NCBI GenBank assembly: GCA_003971905.1
Contig: RSEE01000037.1
Span: 434,001 to 498,000 of the forward strand
Length of the DNA: 64,000 nt
Direction of reading: 5' to 3'
Source: Moniliella sp. 'wahieum'
Lineage: Eukaryota
Shown: positions 25,980 through 38,741 of the stretch, one piece after another
How the letters are laid out: each line of letters starts with the position of its first letter
Position numbering within the stretch: position 1 is the stretch's first letter
Notes under the pieces: generated by a model
Database searches by the model: none
The model's input: only the letters and a program-made list of their open reading frames with translations
What the model was told of the DNA's origin: nothing
Position numbers and translations under genes: made by a program

Positions 25980-27737
25980 ACCCTAGGCGACCAAGTTGTG
26001 GAGCCAGCGAGACCAGCGCTTGACGTGGGGGACGAACGCGACGGATGCGACGGACGCGACGGACGCGACGGATTGGACGGATGGGAGGGACTAGGTTCGG
26101 AGCCTGAACCAGTGTACGAGAAGGACAAGAGCCGGTCCGAGGAGCCCCACAACAATAACGAAGTCGATTCGATTTCGCCTTGGCTTCGCTTGGTCGGGGG
26201 CTGGGGATGGGACTGGCCTGGGGGGCCTGGGCCTGGGACTGGGACTTGCCTTGGCCTTGGCACGGGCCTTGTCCTTGTCGGTTTCCTTGGCGCTGGAGAC
26301 AACTGGCGTGGGGATGGGATGCGGGACGTAGTCGGAGCCGCACGGGGGGGGCAACAGAAGAGAGGACCCAGGCAGAGCAGAGGAAGAGGCAGGAGGTCGC
26401 GCGGGTGCTGCGAGGGTCCCATGCCATGCAGGTGGCGATGCGAGTGCGGTGCTTGTGCGACAAGGACGAGGAGGATTGGGATTGGGATTGAGGATGAGAT
26501 TGGGATTGGGAGTGGGGATGGGAATGGGAATGGGAAGGGAGTGGGGATGCGACGCAGCTGCGGCAGCAGCGTACTTTTGCGAGCCAACTCATTTTGCGCC
26601 CGAGCGTCTGCGGGGTGGAAGGTTGATGCCGGCGGCGGCCGAGCGTTCCAATGCGATGCCGTCCTTGCTCCACATTTTTTGGGGTAAATGCGTACATGTG
26701 AGCGGCATAACGGTCTTGCTGGCCACCCATTGGGGTTGGGGGCAGGGTGCAGCGAGTGAGCTGGCGAGGGCGGCGAGGGAGAGGGAGGAGAGGGTTAGCG
26801 GCGGTTTAGGTAGTGCGGACACTGGCGGCGCTGGCAAACCACCGGCTTGGGCTTGGACGGTCCGAGAGCTGCAACGTTCAACTGGTGGCTGGCGTGGCAT
26901 GGCGGGCATGAGGGCAGGGCTTGGTGGCAAAGTGGGTGGAAGGGGGGGTGGTACGCGGTTGGGTGGTCCGATCCGCACGAAGGGGAGAGGTCAGGTACGG
27001 TGTGGATTCACCTGATTCACCCGATTCGCGAGAGGGAGTGGAGCGGTTCGCATGCGCCGGATGAAGGTTCGGTAGAAAGGGGCGGCGGCGAGTATCGTCC
27101 GACATGGAGAGGACCTCGCGCAAGGCAAAGACGAAGACGAAGGAAGCATGTGGTTGGAGGTCGGGGTGGGGCAAGACCGTGGATGGTCCATCGTCATTTC
27201 TCCAGCAACGGCGGAGGCGTGGGTGGAGCGGTGGGGGGCCGGTCCAGGGGACGGAGACGGACTGGATGCGAAAGGGGCGCAGGAGTAGGGCTTTCGTCTA
27301 GAGACGGTTGGGGCTCGTGCTCGGGCTCGGGCTCGCGGGGGGGAAGCTGGGAGTGGTGCCAAGCGTGGAGACGGGCTGTGCCTCGGGGGGGAGGGAGAGG
27401 GGGAACCTAGCGGCGGGCGAGGAGCGAGAGGAGGCAGGAGCAGAGATGGGTGGGTCGGGCAGAGGGAGGAGCAAGGAGGGGGGCATGCTGAGGGTGCGCT
27501 GGTGTGTGTTGGCAGGGGATGCGGATGCTTCGGCCATGGCGGGCAGAGACGTGCTGGGGGAGGCGCGGGAGGAGTGGGGGGCGGGTGGCGGCAAAGGATG
27601 CTCGGCGGGCCAGCTGGGAAGAAGGGTCGCGGAGGCTGATGCGCGGGGCGACGAAGGCCTGCCGCCGATGGGCACGACGGCGGGGGGTGGGAGTAGGAGC
27701 GGCGGTTCCCCCGCGGGAGGGGGGTGGGGGAGGACAT
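25980..27737 (-). CDS. Putative Pro/Ser-rich low-complexity hypothetical protein (structure unresolved)
   Basis: ATG at 27737 in a CCGCCATG context (MSSPTPLPRG...), followed by overlapping long minus-strand ORFs to ~25900. No recognisable domain. Confidence 0.3.
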
Positions 27738-27750
27738 GGCGGAGGGGGTG

Positions 27751-27781
<31 letters not shown>

Positions 27782-29935
27782 AGAGGGAGAGGGGCAGGCA
27801 GGGGCGAGAAAAGAAGCGGTGAGCACGCGTGTGGAGACGAATGCCTAAGCCGGGGCGAAGGGCGGCATGGAGGATGCAATATGCCATGCGAGATGGGATG
27901 GCGGGCGTATGACGCACCTCGAAACCCTCGGGCGGCGCGGGTAGACTAGATTAGAGGGGCCCACACTCGGCCCCTGCCCGCGCCTGAGCCGTACCCGTAT
28001 GCAGCGGCTGGGCACGGGGGGGCACTCTGGCGGGTGTTGTCTCGGGCTGCGCATCAGCAATTCATGCGCCATTATCAAAGTAACCAGCTGTGACGGGCAG
28101 CTCAGCCGCCGACTGCCGCACTCAAGTACTGAACTCACGCACGGCGCCCAGCCCTGGGCTCAGCTGAGCACAAGCACGCTGACGTCAGCCTCAGCGGCCG
28201 TGCCGAGTGCTCGGGTTGTCCGCTGAGCATCGCCGCATATTATGGGGTGACGCTGGGTCACCACTCATGCTGGCCGCTTGGACTGGCCCATGGCCGCCAC
28301 AGCACCCAACTCAGCACACTCAGCACTCCACTCAGCACGCCGCCCCCTCCCGTCCCAGCCGCCTCGGTCAGCACCATGATATGGCGCCACGTCTGGCGCA
28401 CCCCCTTGGCCGCACGTGTAATCGATTACTTCATCCGCTTTCCTTCTTGCCAAGAAGCACTTGGTTTTTTGCGTCGCGGGACGGATAGAGCACCCCCGCA
28501 TCATGCAGCGCATCAGCCCAATCCCGTCTCTGCCACCCAGCCACCCCACCTTCTTCTGTCTCGCCCGCACGCCATGGACCGACGCATCTACAGAAAACCA
28601 CGCAACTTGGATTGCATAGCCAACAACCCACCTTAGCATTACTAGCTCACCTGGTACTGGCGATCAGGATGAGCGCACGTACTCAAGCTTCAAGCTCAAG
28701 CATCATGTATAGTGTGTAGCAGCATGTGCATTCTGCACTACAGGACACCGAGTGTTGGATGGTGTGCCAGGGCTCAGCGCGCGGCCTCAATGTTAGGGCT
28801 GCCTCTGCGGCCTCTGTGGGCCTGAGACCCACTCGGGTCCACTCGGCCCTATAATAGCTCTGCCTCTAGTCCGTCTGGCCCAGCTTGAGTGCGTACTGTT
28901 GTTGCTCAATCGTTAGTCATCGACGATAATCCATTATACAGCCACACGGCCGGGTGAGTGAGCGTTTTGAGCATAGGCTGAGTGAGGCGGTGGGATTGCC
29001 CAGCACGACGGTAAGGCTTGACGCGAGGTTGAACGTTGACGTTGAAGGCGCTCGTTTCTCCCACTGGGTGGAGGTCTGTCAAAGCACATTTGCCAAGGCT
29101 AGCCTGGACCTCTGTGGGTCGCGCGCGTGGTTAGACTTGGTGGGGCAGTGAGGGCTTCAAAAAGCTTCACGCTTCAGCCTGAAGCTTGAAGACGATGGCA
29201 GGGGAAGATCCTGAGGATCTGTGTTGTCGCAATGAGACAGCCTTGCGGGGTAAGTACTAAGTACTTCGGTAAGTACTAAGTATCGAGTTCATAGCATTTG
29301 CAACATGTATTACGAGAGAGGAAGGTCGAGACGGACAAAAAGAAACGCCGCGCGATCTCATACCGCCAACTTGCGAATCCGACAGCCACTCTCGTGCCAA
29401 CTCAAATCAGAGGTTAGTGGAAGCCGCTGCGAGTCAAGACGGTCGATCGTTGGCGGCACTTGCCCGCCTGTCGTAGTCATGCAATGATCATTACGCGTTC
29501 AAGACTACCTTGAACCCCTCCAGTGTCAGAACGGTGCCAAAAAAACGTTGCTGGAAAGGGGACCTGAACGGGACGGTCAAAGATGGTTTGTTTTCAATAC
29601 AGGAGCCTAGCTGGGCCGTCAGCCAGTGGTATGAGAGGGCATCAAAAGTATCTATGGGTAGTATAGCTGCGCCACAACCATTTTATCTCGATCTTTCCCT
29701 GCCCTCTATCTGATCTGATGGATCACTAGGATCCTTTCTCTCAACATCCACACTTCTTTCATATACATATACTGGACTGTCTATCTGTTGAATGTCAAAT
29801 GTTATATGCTTCAAGGATATATAGATGATGGGCTTGACAGCATGCAATTCCAAAGATCAAGTGGGCAGGCAACGCCATGATACACTTGTGTTCAATGAGC
29901 ATGTACTAGGTGAGACCTTAGGATGCACCGAGAGG

Positions 29936-31104
29936 TTAGGCCGACGAGGCAGCCCGCTTGGCGCGGCGCGCGGCCGTGGTCTTTTCCGACGCTTCGCGCA
30001 CGGCCCAAGTGAATTGGTACGTTTTGGTAGCGTCTTCAAACGAGGACAGGATCTTGGCCGATCCGGGACTCTCGACGTTATCAACCAGAGCCGACACTTC
30101 CGAGTAAAACGGGTCGTCCTCCAAGAACCGGAACACTTCGTCCTTGTCCGAGCCAGGGGAGCGGACGTAGAGGGTAGGATCGTTGTACGGGTCGTTCAAG
30201 CGAAGCGAGTATCCGTCAGCCAACACGTCGAGTTGGGTCTGGTACTCGGTACCCTGCAGAGCGACGGCGTGCATCAAGCTTCCTACCGCGCCCGAGGTGT
30301 AGGTCCAGTTGGCCGAGGTGACACGAGGAATGCGCTGGTCGGGAGGAATGATGCTTTCGTCGACGGGCACCTTGCTCAGCTGGCCCGGCGCTTCATCGTG
30401 TTCGAGCGCAATGGCCTGGATCGAATCCAGGTCCACGTCGCCCCCAAAGTAGCGGCTGAGATCACAAAAAGTGCGTGGCCTGCTCCACAATGGGACCGAG
30501 GTCTTTGGACTTGTCCACCAGGCCGGCTTGGCCGTGTGCTCGTACGCCATCACGTACCGTGCATTGGTCGCCATGACGGTCAAGTGGTTCTCCTCAATGT
30601 CGACTTCATCTTCTGCACCACCTTGAGGTAGCGAAGCATGTAGCCTACGCTCTTGGGTGCCGGCGCGGCAGCCAGTTCCTGCGACACTTGCAGTGCTTGC
30701 GCCACCTCGCCCGTCGACACGGGCTTCTCAATAAAGATGGCCACGTCGGGAACGTGGCCAGCAGCTGCTCCTCCAAGTTGCGGCCTGGCTCCGTGCGGCC
30801 ACGGAACGCCGGTGGCGCACACACCCAAAATGCATTCGGCTTGATCTCCGCCACGTCGCCCGATTGGACAAACGCGTCCAGGTTGGCATACACCACCGTC
30901 TTGTCGTACGCGCCCTTGGTGCCTTTGTCGGCGCGCTTCTTGGCCAACTCGCTCTCCACACGGTCCTTGGCCGGATCAATCACGGCCACCACCTTGAGAC
31001 GCTCACCGAGCTTGCGCTCGAGGCGCAGAGTTGTTCCACGGCCCTTCGGGCGTGCCGAAAAACACATTGCCGCCGCCGATAGCGACCACGGAGAAGGTAG
31101 ACAT
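29936..31104 (-). CDS. NAD(P)-binding Gfo/Idh/MocA-family oxidoreductase (fungal type); frameshifted
   Basis: MSTFSVVAIGGGNVFFGTPEGPW N-terminal Rossmann motif, RLERKLGERLKVVAVIDP, AIFIEKPV (EKP motif), SVGYMLRYLKVVQKMK and ILSSFEDATKTYQFTWAVR. Confidence 0.88.
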
Positions 31105-32601
31105 GGTGGGAAAGTGGGGTGGGTGGGGGGGCGGAGTTGGGAGAGAGAGGGGCGTGTTGTGTGGGAACGGAAAGGGGGGGGGGCAAGGGCGGAGGAGGTG
31201 TTAAAATAGGTGGTTTGACCGAGGGGCCGTGCGCACGCGATGGGAACAAAGTGGGGGGGGGGTATAGGCGGCGGCGGGGGAGGGGAGGGGCTGCTGTGGG
31301 CCAGCGTATTGGGCCCCTGTACCACCACCGCGCCCCCGTCGCGCAGAAGCAGTGTCCGCAATTTAGCTCCGCCCTCTGCTGCGCCCACCCGCCGGGTGCC
31401 CACGCCGCCGGGCGCAACCTATTAAGCATCTCTCTCCCCTGCGGCCGCACTGCCGCTGGACACGCCCCCTCTACCCCCCGCCACACCCTCGCGTCCCCGC
31501 CCCCCCTCCCCTCGCGTGTCCCGTCGGCGCACGCTTGATTTGCCACACGGACCACAGGCAAAATAAGAGAGCAAGAGAGCACGACTGTGCATACTCGGTG
31601 CAGTGGTAATAGGCAGTAAAACCCTGTACGTGGCTATAATAGTAGTAGCTTCTTGGCCCAAACGAAAAGGGGAGCTGCATAGGGGTCCCGCTATTCTTTT
31701 CCTTCGTCCATCATCTTCCTCGACTCCCCGTCCAAGACGCTCTCCGTATAGGAATCTGCTTGTGAAGGTCTTGGTCGTGGATATGGCACAAAAACACACA
31801 GAAGATTGAGAGCCACTGTGGCAGTAAGGAGCGGGGGCAATAGGCTCTGATTTTTTGTTGTTGGAAGAACGCTGGATGTAGACACCATTGTGATCCGCGC
31901 GAAGCTGCACGGCATTTCTATATACCTATACGAACGGAAACTGTCGCATCAGCCCCCCCGGAACGTCCGTCGGGTCGGCTCCGAACTCAGCGCCGAGCAC
32001 TGAGTAATGATGAATGATGAAGATGGGCGTGCAAAATCTGTCGCGCTCTGCCCCTCCATTGGTTGCGAAAAGCGCCTTTCCATCCACTCGCGGTGAGATA
32101 CACATCAGGGCATTTGAGCCGAGGCCCCTGAGCGCCTGAGCTCTGAGATCCGAGAGGTCAACGTAATACGATCACAACGTGTCATCCGTCAATCTTGGTT
32201 GTCCGTCCGATCGAGTGTGGAATAGCATGCGGCGCCCGAGGTGCTGGGGACGACTAGTACTGGCCTACCAGAGGAGCGGGGCTCGCGCGCGTCGCAGCTT
32301 CAATGCCAACCCACCGCCGATCCATCCGTCACCTTTGGTTCCTCCTGAACGCCATGGCCCTGCTGCCTCGTACTACCACCGCCGCTCGTGGTCCTGCTTT
32401 CGTGTGCAATAGATCGCCAATTATATCCCACTGGGGCCTGTGCGCATTTCAGCACCCAACAGAGTGCCCTCGCATTTCCTGGGTGGAGCAGGACGCGTCA
32501 CTGCAGATTCCAAAATGTATACTAGTACGCTACGAGCCCCCGCCAAACCGTGCCACCAACATTCTTCCCGCCAGAGGCGCAGATAGATTGCACAGAAACG
32601 C

Positions 32602-34862
32602 TTAGCGCGGCCCAGGCGCGCCGGGAGCACGACGGTTCTGGTTGTTCATGCTAACGATGAGCGACTTGTACTTATACGCTTCCGTAGAACTTCTCAACAT
32701 TGCCCTTGTTGCACCCAGAGCTCGTCGAGACAGTTGTTGATGAACGCTCGTCGTGGGAGATGACGATCACTCCACCGTTCCAAACCTTGATCGCACCGTG
32801 AGAGCATCGAGACCATCAATGTCCAAGTGATTCGTCGGCTCGTCCAGCAACAGCACGTGGGGTCGCGACATGGCCAAATGGGCAAACGCAACACGCGACT
32901 TTTGTCCTCCCGACAGCGTCGCAATCTTCTGCAAGCCCGTCATGCCAGTGATGCCAAACGCGCCCAACTGCGACCGGTACTCTTGTTCGCTCAGGCCAGG
33001 GTGCTGCGACATGAGGAAGCCGACGGGCGACATGGACAGGTCAAGCTGGTCAACGTGGTGGGGTGAACAGGCCGACGCGCAACTTGTTGTTCCGCTTCTG
33101 GTCGCCCTTGGTCGGGGTTAGATCGCCCACCAGGAGCTTCATCAGTGTCGATTTGCCACTTCCATTGGACCCAATGATGGCAATGCGCGATTGCTGGGTC
33201 ACATCAAAGTTGATGTTGTGCAACAAGGGCTTGTCGGGCGTGTAGCCAAAGCTGACATTGTCCAGCTGCAGAAGCGGAGGCGACAGTTTCTCCGTCTCGG
33301 GCAGACGGAAAGTAACCACCTTTTCTGCCTCGGGCGGATCGATGATCGGCATCTTCTCCAACTCCTTCATCTTACTCTGGGCTTGTGCAGCCCGGTTGGC
33401 ATTGACACGCCAGCGATCAATAAACGCTTGCAGGTGAGCGCGCTTGGCCTGGTTGGCCTCATACTCGCGCTGCTGGTTCTTGCGCCGCTCTTCGCGCGTT
33501 TCGTAAAACTGGTCAAAGTTGCCCTTGTAGTAATCCAGCCGCTCCGAATGTTGGTGGATAATGTCTGTGGCGACCCGGTTGAGGAACGCACGGTCGTGCG
33601 AGACGACGAGCAACGTCCCGTCCCACTCGTTGACCAAGTAATCTTCCAACCATGCAATCGCGTTCAAGTCCAGCATGTTCGACGGTTCGTCGAGCATGAG
33701 CAGGTCCGGCTTGCAGAACAGCGCCCGGGCCAATGCCAACCGCATTCTCCACCCACCCGAGAAGGAGCTCGTCGGCCTCGACTGGTCCGACTCGTCAAAC
33801 CCAAGACCATACAACAAGCTGGCAGCGCGCGCCGGGCCCGTCTCAGCCTCCATATCCACCAACGACGCCTGCACTTCCCCCAGCCGAGACGACAGTTGTT
33901 CCCGCTTGATCTCCCTCTGTCGGGTGGGGAGGTCAACAGCGGATCCTGTGCCTTCTCCAGCCCCGGCAGCCGCAGCAACGGCCGCTGCCGCATCTGCCTC
34001 TAGCTTGTTGAGTTCCGCCTCGATCTGCTTTTCTTCCGAGATGAGTCGGTCCCGCCACACATCCGCCTTGAGCACCGACTCGAGTGCCGTCGTCTCGTCC
34101 CCGACAATCTCCTGTTCGACATAGAGGAGACTGACGTTGGTGGGAATCGGCACCTCGCGGAGTGCCATGAAGCGCAGCAGTGTGGATTTTCCAATGCCGT
34201 TCACACCACACAGGCCGTACCGCCTGCCCTGGGCCAGGTTGAGGTTGGCACCAGAGAGAATGCGTTTGGAGCCAAAGGTGATATCAATGTTGGGCAGGTT
34301 GATGTCCTTGCTGCCTCCGCGTCGCGCCTCGAGCGGGTTGACCTTGAGGAACATTTCCTCGTACGACGTTTGCTCCTGGGCCGACTGGACCAACTTGCTG
34401 CTCTCGTACAAGTCACGCTGGGCCCGCTTCGCAATCTTTTGTCGTGTCTTGGCCTCTTGCTTGGCAAGTTTCTTCACGTCGACCGTCGTCCGACCTGCCT
34501 TTTTACCACCAAGACTCACGTCCACCCCGCCCGTCGTGTCAAACGCCGTCTTGGAATCGCCCAGGCCGGTGCGCATGTCCACCACATGCTCCAGCCGCAC
34601 CAGGCCCGAGGCGTCCTCGCCGTCCTTGGGCATCTTGTCCGCCACAATCCGCGAGCTTGGCAAGGAGCGTGTCGAGCGTCTGGGGCTTGACGGGGGTGCC
34701 GCGCGTGGCGGATTCGAGCATGGGCCGCACAATGTCCGCAATCATGTCCTGCCCGGGGTCCAGATCGGTGGCCACATCGTCAATGTACCCTGCAAGGTAC
34801 TCGGATACGGGTGCGTCGAGGCTGGGCAGCGCAGAGGCGAGCAGCTGCTGCGTGGTGGTCAT
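32602..34862 (-). CDS. GCN20: ABC-F ATPase GCN20 (ABCF3), positive activator of Gcn2; frameshifts near both ends
   Basis: Two ABC cassettes with no TM domain: [72 protein letters not shown]...[11 protein letters not shown]. The linker [23 protein letters not shown] and N-terminal [12 protein letters not shown] fit GCN20. Confidence 0.9.
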
Positions 34863-36770
34863 GGCAGACGGCAGAGAGGTGTGTGCACAGTGGTGGGCGA
34901 GAGCGGCGGCAGCTTCACGCCGAGCTTCACTTCATGCCCTGCTTCAGCGCCGCCGCCTCCAGGCAGTTAGAGCCGCACGAAAAAGGCGGACATTCCGCCT
35001 CGGCCGCGTTCCGCCGAAAATGTTGCGTTGCACCGGGATCCACCAGGCAACCCCCCACCTGCCTCCCGACCCCCGCTCCCTCCCGCTCCCTCGACACCAG
35101 GTCCCTCAAGGCACGCAAGTTTGACAACAGCAACCCCGTCCACCCCGAACTGGTGCGCCCGTATAAGCTTACCGATACCTGGGCGCAGGTGGAGAGGGGC
35201 TTTTTTGGCAAAACCTGCTCGGCTCGGGCGCGATGATCAGTGGCGCGGGGGTCGTGAGACTAAGGCCGGGTACTGCCAGTGTGGTTTCCTTCTGTTCTGA
35301 GATTCTGACCGTGTCGACTCCACTTCCAGATTCGCCAGCTTGGCCATGCTGAGCGCGATGGTCCCCATGATGATCCACCTACCCGACGGGTCGTGATACA
35401 TTTGCTTTGCTCAAATCCAGTCGAGGAGAGGAAACAGAGTGATGGCCCGTAACTGCGTAACCGATCGGCAACCGTGGTAACCGTGGTAAATCGGCTGTGC
35501 AGCGTTATAGCTACAACACACGATGATGCCGGTGATGGGGCTAAAGATGAAAGGAAACTGCGAGGTCAGCAAGTCTACGACGTAGGTATGTCCGCACAAA
35601 GTGCGCTTGTGTAAATATAAGACCCCACAGTAACTAGTAACCGATAACCAGCCAGTAACCAGTAACCAGTACCGGGTAAGGGTTCCCTCACAGCCCGCGC
35701 TTACCGGTATCCCTAATGCGTAATAGTCCCAAGATATAAGAATGGGCGAAGGGGAAACTGTTGAAGATTATACTTGCTCTCGCCATATAGATGTGCTCGA
35801 ATGTTGAACGTCCAACGTCCATGCACCATGGCCGGTTGAACGTGTTACATCGAACACTTTGGACGTAGGTTGAGACTTGAGGGTCAACGGGTCAGATCTC
35901 AGATTCCAAATCTCAGCACGTAACCGAACGAGACTATAAAGTGTGGACATGCTCACACAAAGGAACGAGGGACAACCGCGCTGGTTTGGACGGTCCAAAC
36001 TCGTTTGGCTTTTGATAGGCAATTCGCATTCATTCTGAGCGGGGGTAGGGATCTAACTAGGTATATGTATCCTAGCCCCCAACCGAGCGTCTTGCCTCGC
36101 GGCACGCGTGAGATATGAAAGAGCGTAGGGTAGGGAGATTAGTGAGATCTGAGATCAGATCGATCACTGAGAACGTGTAGTATGTAATGTGGAAGTCAGG
36201 GCAGGTGGTAGGTACGGTAGGGTATAGGGTGCATGGCGGGGAAAATAAAACCGAAGCTGGAAAGAGATCTGCAATGATTAATGAGATCTGAGAACGTGAA
36301 CGCGTGCACACATGGGAAAACCGAGAGCAGAGAGTCTGCGGAGATCTGGCTGTGGCAGGTCGATGATCGAGTACTGTGGCGGGTTCAACACGATTTGCTA
36401 CGCCACGTCTTGAGGCGTTAAACGATAAAGCTTAAAGCTTGAAGCTTGAAGCTTGAACGGGAAGACGTCGAACGTGAAGACGTTAAAAATGCGCTAAAGC
36501 TTGAAGGCGGTGAACAGGGGTGACCGGTGAACACGGGTGAACGTGGTGAACATGTGAACCTTCAACGGTTGAAGTTTGTTGAACGAGGGGTTGGTTGAAG
36601 CTTTTGTGCAGACCTGGAGAGGGGTAGAACTGAAGGTTCGTTGAACGTTGACTTTGTTGACTTGTGGGAAGTGTCGGCAGTTGGCTGAGCGATCGGCTGT
36701 GGTTTGGACGCCGAGGGAAGCAGAGAGAGGGGCGTGAGGGCGTAAGGTGCTGAAGAACGAAATATAGGTG

Positions 36771-36810
36771 TTGCACCGTTGCACCGTTGCACCGTTGCAC
36801 CGTTGCACCG
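36771..36810. repeat. Perfect tandem repeat (TTGCACCG)x5
   Basis: ttgcaccgttgcaccgttgcaccgttgcaccgttgcaccg. Confidence 0.95.
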
Positions 36811-38532
36811 TGGCTATGATGTGAGTGGCACCTAGTTAGAGGTTTGGGCTAGCCTCTAACTGCACTGCGCTCTCACATGGTGCCTCCACACTTTGTCCCG
36901 ATCGTACCTCCCACGTGTAGTAGACACCATTGGCGCATTCCTCTGTTCCTCCTTAACGGTTATCGACTATCGGTTACCTGTTACCATGTTGCCGGTTACC
37001 ACCGACGCCACCTGTTCGCTCAACTTGTTCCCTTGTTCTCGCTCATCGAGCTCATCTGCTTCTCGTAGCTCAGACCGCGCCGTTTGCCTGCCGCAGTATG
37101 TCGCTACATACTTGCCTATGGAGAAAAGCTTATTGGGTACGTTATTGCATCGTCAGTGCAATCGATGATGGATATTGGAAGGGGGCTGGGAGAGGGTGCT
37201 GAGCGCTGACTCACCCGCCGGCTCATCGGTGACGTGGTGACGTATCCCAGGAAGTCACCGGTCCCCATGGTGATCATCGATCATCGATCATCGATCATTT
37301 CGATCATTGGTCATGGATAGGCAACACTGGTACTTAGTCCTTGGGTTCCATCGTCAATCATTAATCATCGGTCCTCGATCCACGGGCTTCCTCGCGCACT
37401 CCTTCTCCCAGTTGCACTACCGCCTGGCCACGGGGGGGGGGGGGGGGGTTCCTCGTACTCTGCACGGTCCACCGTCATAATGGCGTCAGGCTTCAGGCCC
37501 GTCAGGCCTCAGCCTCAGGGCGTCCGGCCCTCCGCCTCATGCACTCCATGCGCATGGGGCCCATTGATATGCATATCTTTTGAGCATGTGGGCTTCGCGG
37601 GCGAAGACCAGTGGCGTCGGCCCACCGACCACGCGTCGTGGAGGGCAGGGTATGCTTGCCATAGGCCTGGGAAACTGGGCGCCGGTTGGTATCAGGGAAT
37701 CCATCGGTAGGAACCGTGATGATAAATCACGCATTCCCCACTGCGTTCTGTGTAGAACGAAAGCAAACCCTTCTTGGTCTTTCAAATTGCAGTGCCGAGG
37801 CTCAGTGCGAGCAGGCTGAGCGGCTGAGGCGCTCTGGGATCTGGCCTCTGTCCCGTCTGCAACTGGGGCGACGGATGGTGGCGGCCATACTGTGGTTCGG
37901 CCGTTGGAGCAGGTCACCGGTCAAGGCGGCCAGGGTCGGGCAGGCGTCAGGGAGGCAGGCGAGGCGCTGCAGGCGGCGCTGCTATCGGCGGCTGTTGGGC
38001 CGGACACTGGCGGCGACTGGCGGCGACAGGCGGCGACTGGCTGGGTATTCATTAGCGGACGCTGTTGCCACCACCCGGGGACCCGCCCAGACATACCGGA
38101 CCAGAACACTCGGTGCTCAGACCAGATCAGCATCAGCGCTGAGGCTCAGCCTCCGTCCCAGTCCCCGTACACACCCTCTGCGGGGTGGAAGCGGCCAGGC
38201 AGCGGTCCTCCACGCTCGTCGTCCTGCGTCCACGTCGAGCCAGCGGCCTGCGTCGCGCACCCAGCGTACCCTGGCGTGCCCCTGCGCGCTTGCGCTGCCC
38301 AATCGAAACGAACCGAGACAGGCGCCAGGCGCGCTGAAACGACCCAGCGCGCCCGCCGCACACTGCCCCCGTGCGGCTGTCGGCCATGTGCTTGGCAAGG
38401 CTCCGCCTGTGCGAATGAAAATTTCCCCGGCCAGTGGCGTTCCCTGCGTCGAACCACAGCGCAGGCCAGCGAGCCTGCCAAGCCTCCCGGCCCGGCCCAC
38501 CCCGCCTCCCATCCGCTCCGTCCGACCCAGCT

Positions 38533-38675
38533 CCATCCCATCCAACTCCATCCCATCCCACTCCATCCCATCCCACTCCATCCCATCCCACTCCATCCCA
38601 CCCCATCCCATCCCATCCCATCCCATCCCATCCCATCCCATCCCATCCCATCCCATCCCATCCCATCCCATCCCA
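38533..38675. repeat. (CCCAT)n microsatellite, with a 15-bp higher-order unit (CTCCATCCCATCCCA) at its left end
   Basis: About 140 bp of ccatc/cccat units ending ~65 bp upstream of the ATG at 38742. Confidence 0.93.
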
Positions 38676-38741
38676 CCCCCACACCCTCCCCCGCAACCAT
38701 CTCTTCGCCTCTCCAGCCAGCCCGGCTGGCCAGTATGGAGC

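Noticed and set aside
37686..38741. Long N-terminal extensions (ORFs 37686..39230, 37892..38779) with PSHPI repeats
   Set aside because: The frame stays open through a GC-rich promoter and the CCCAT microsatellite. The protein-like sequence begins at ~38742.
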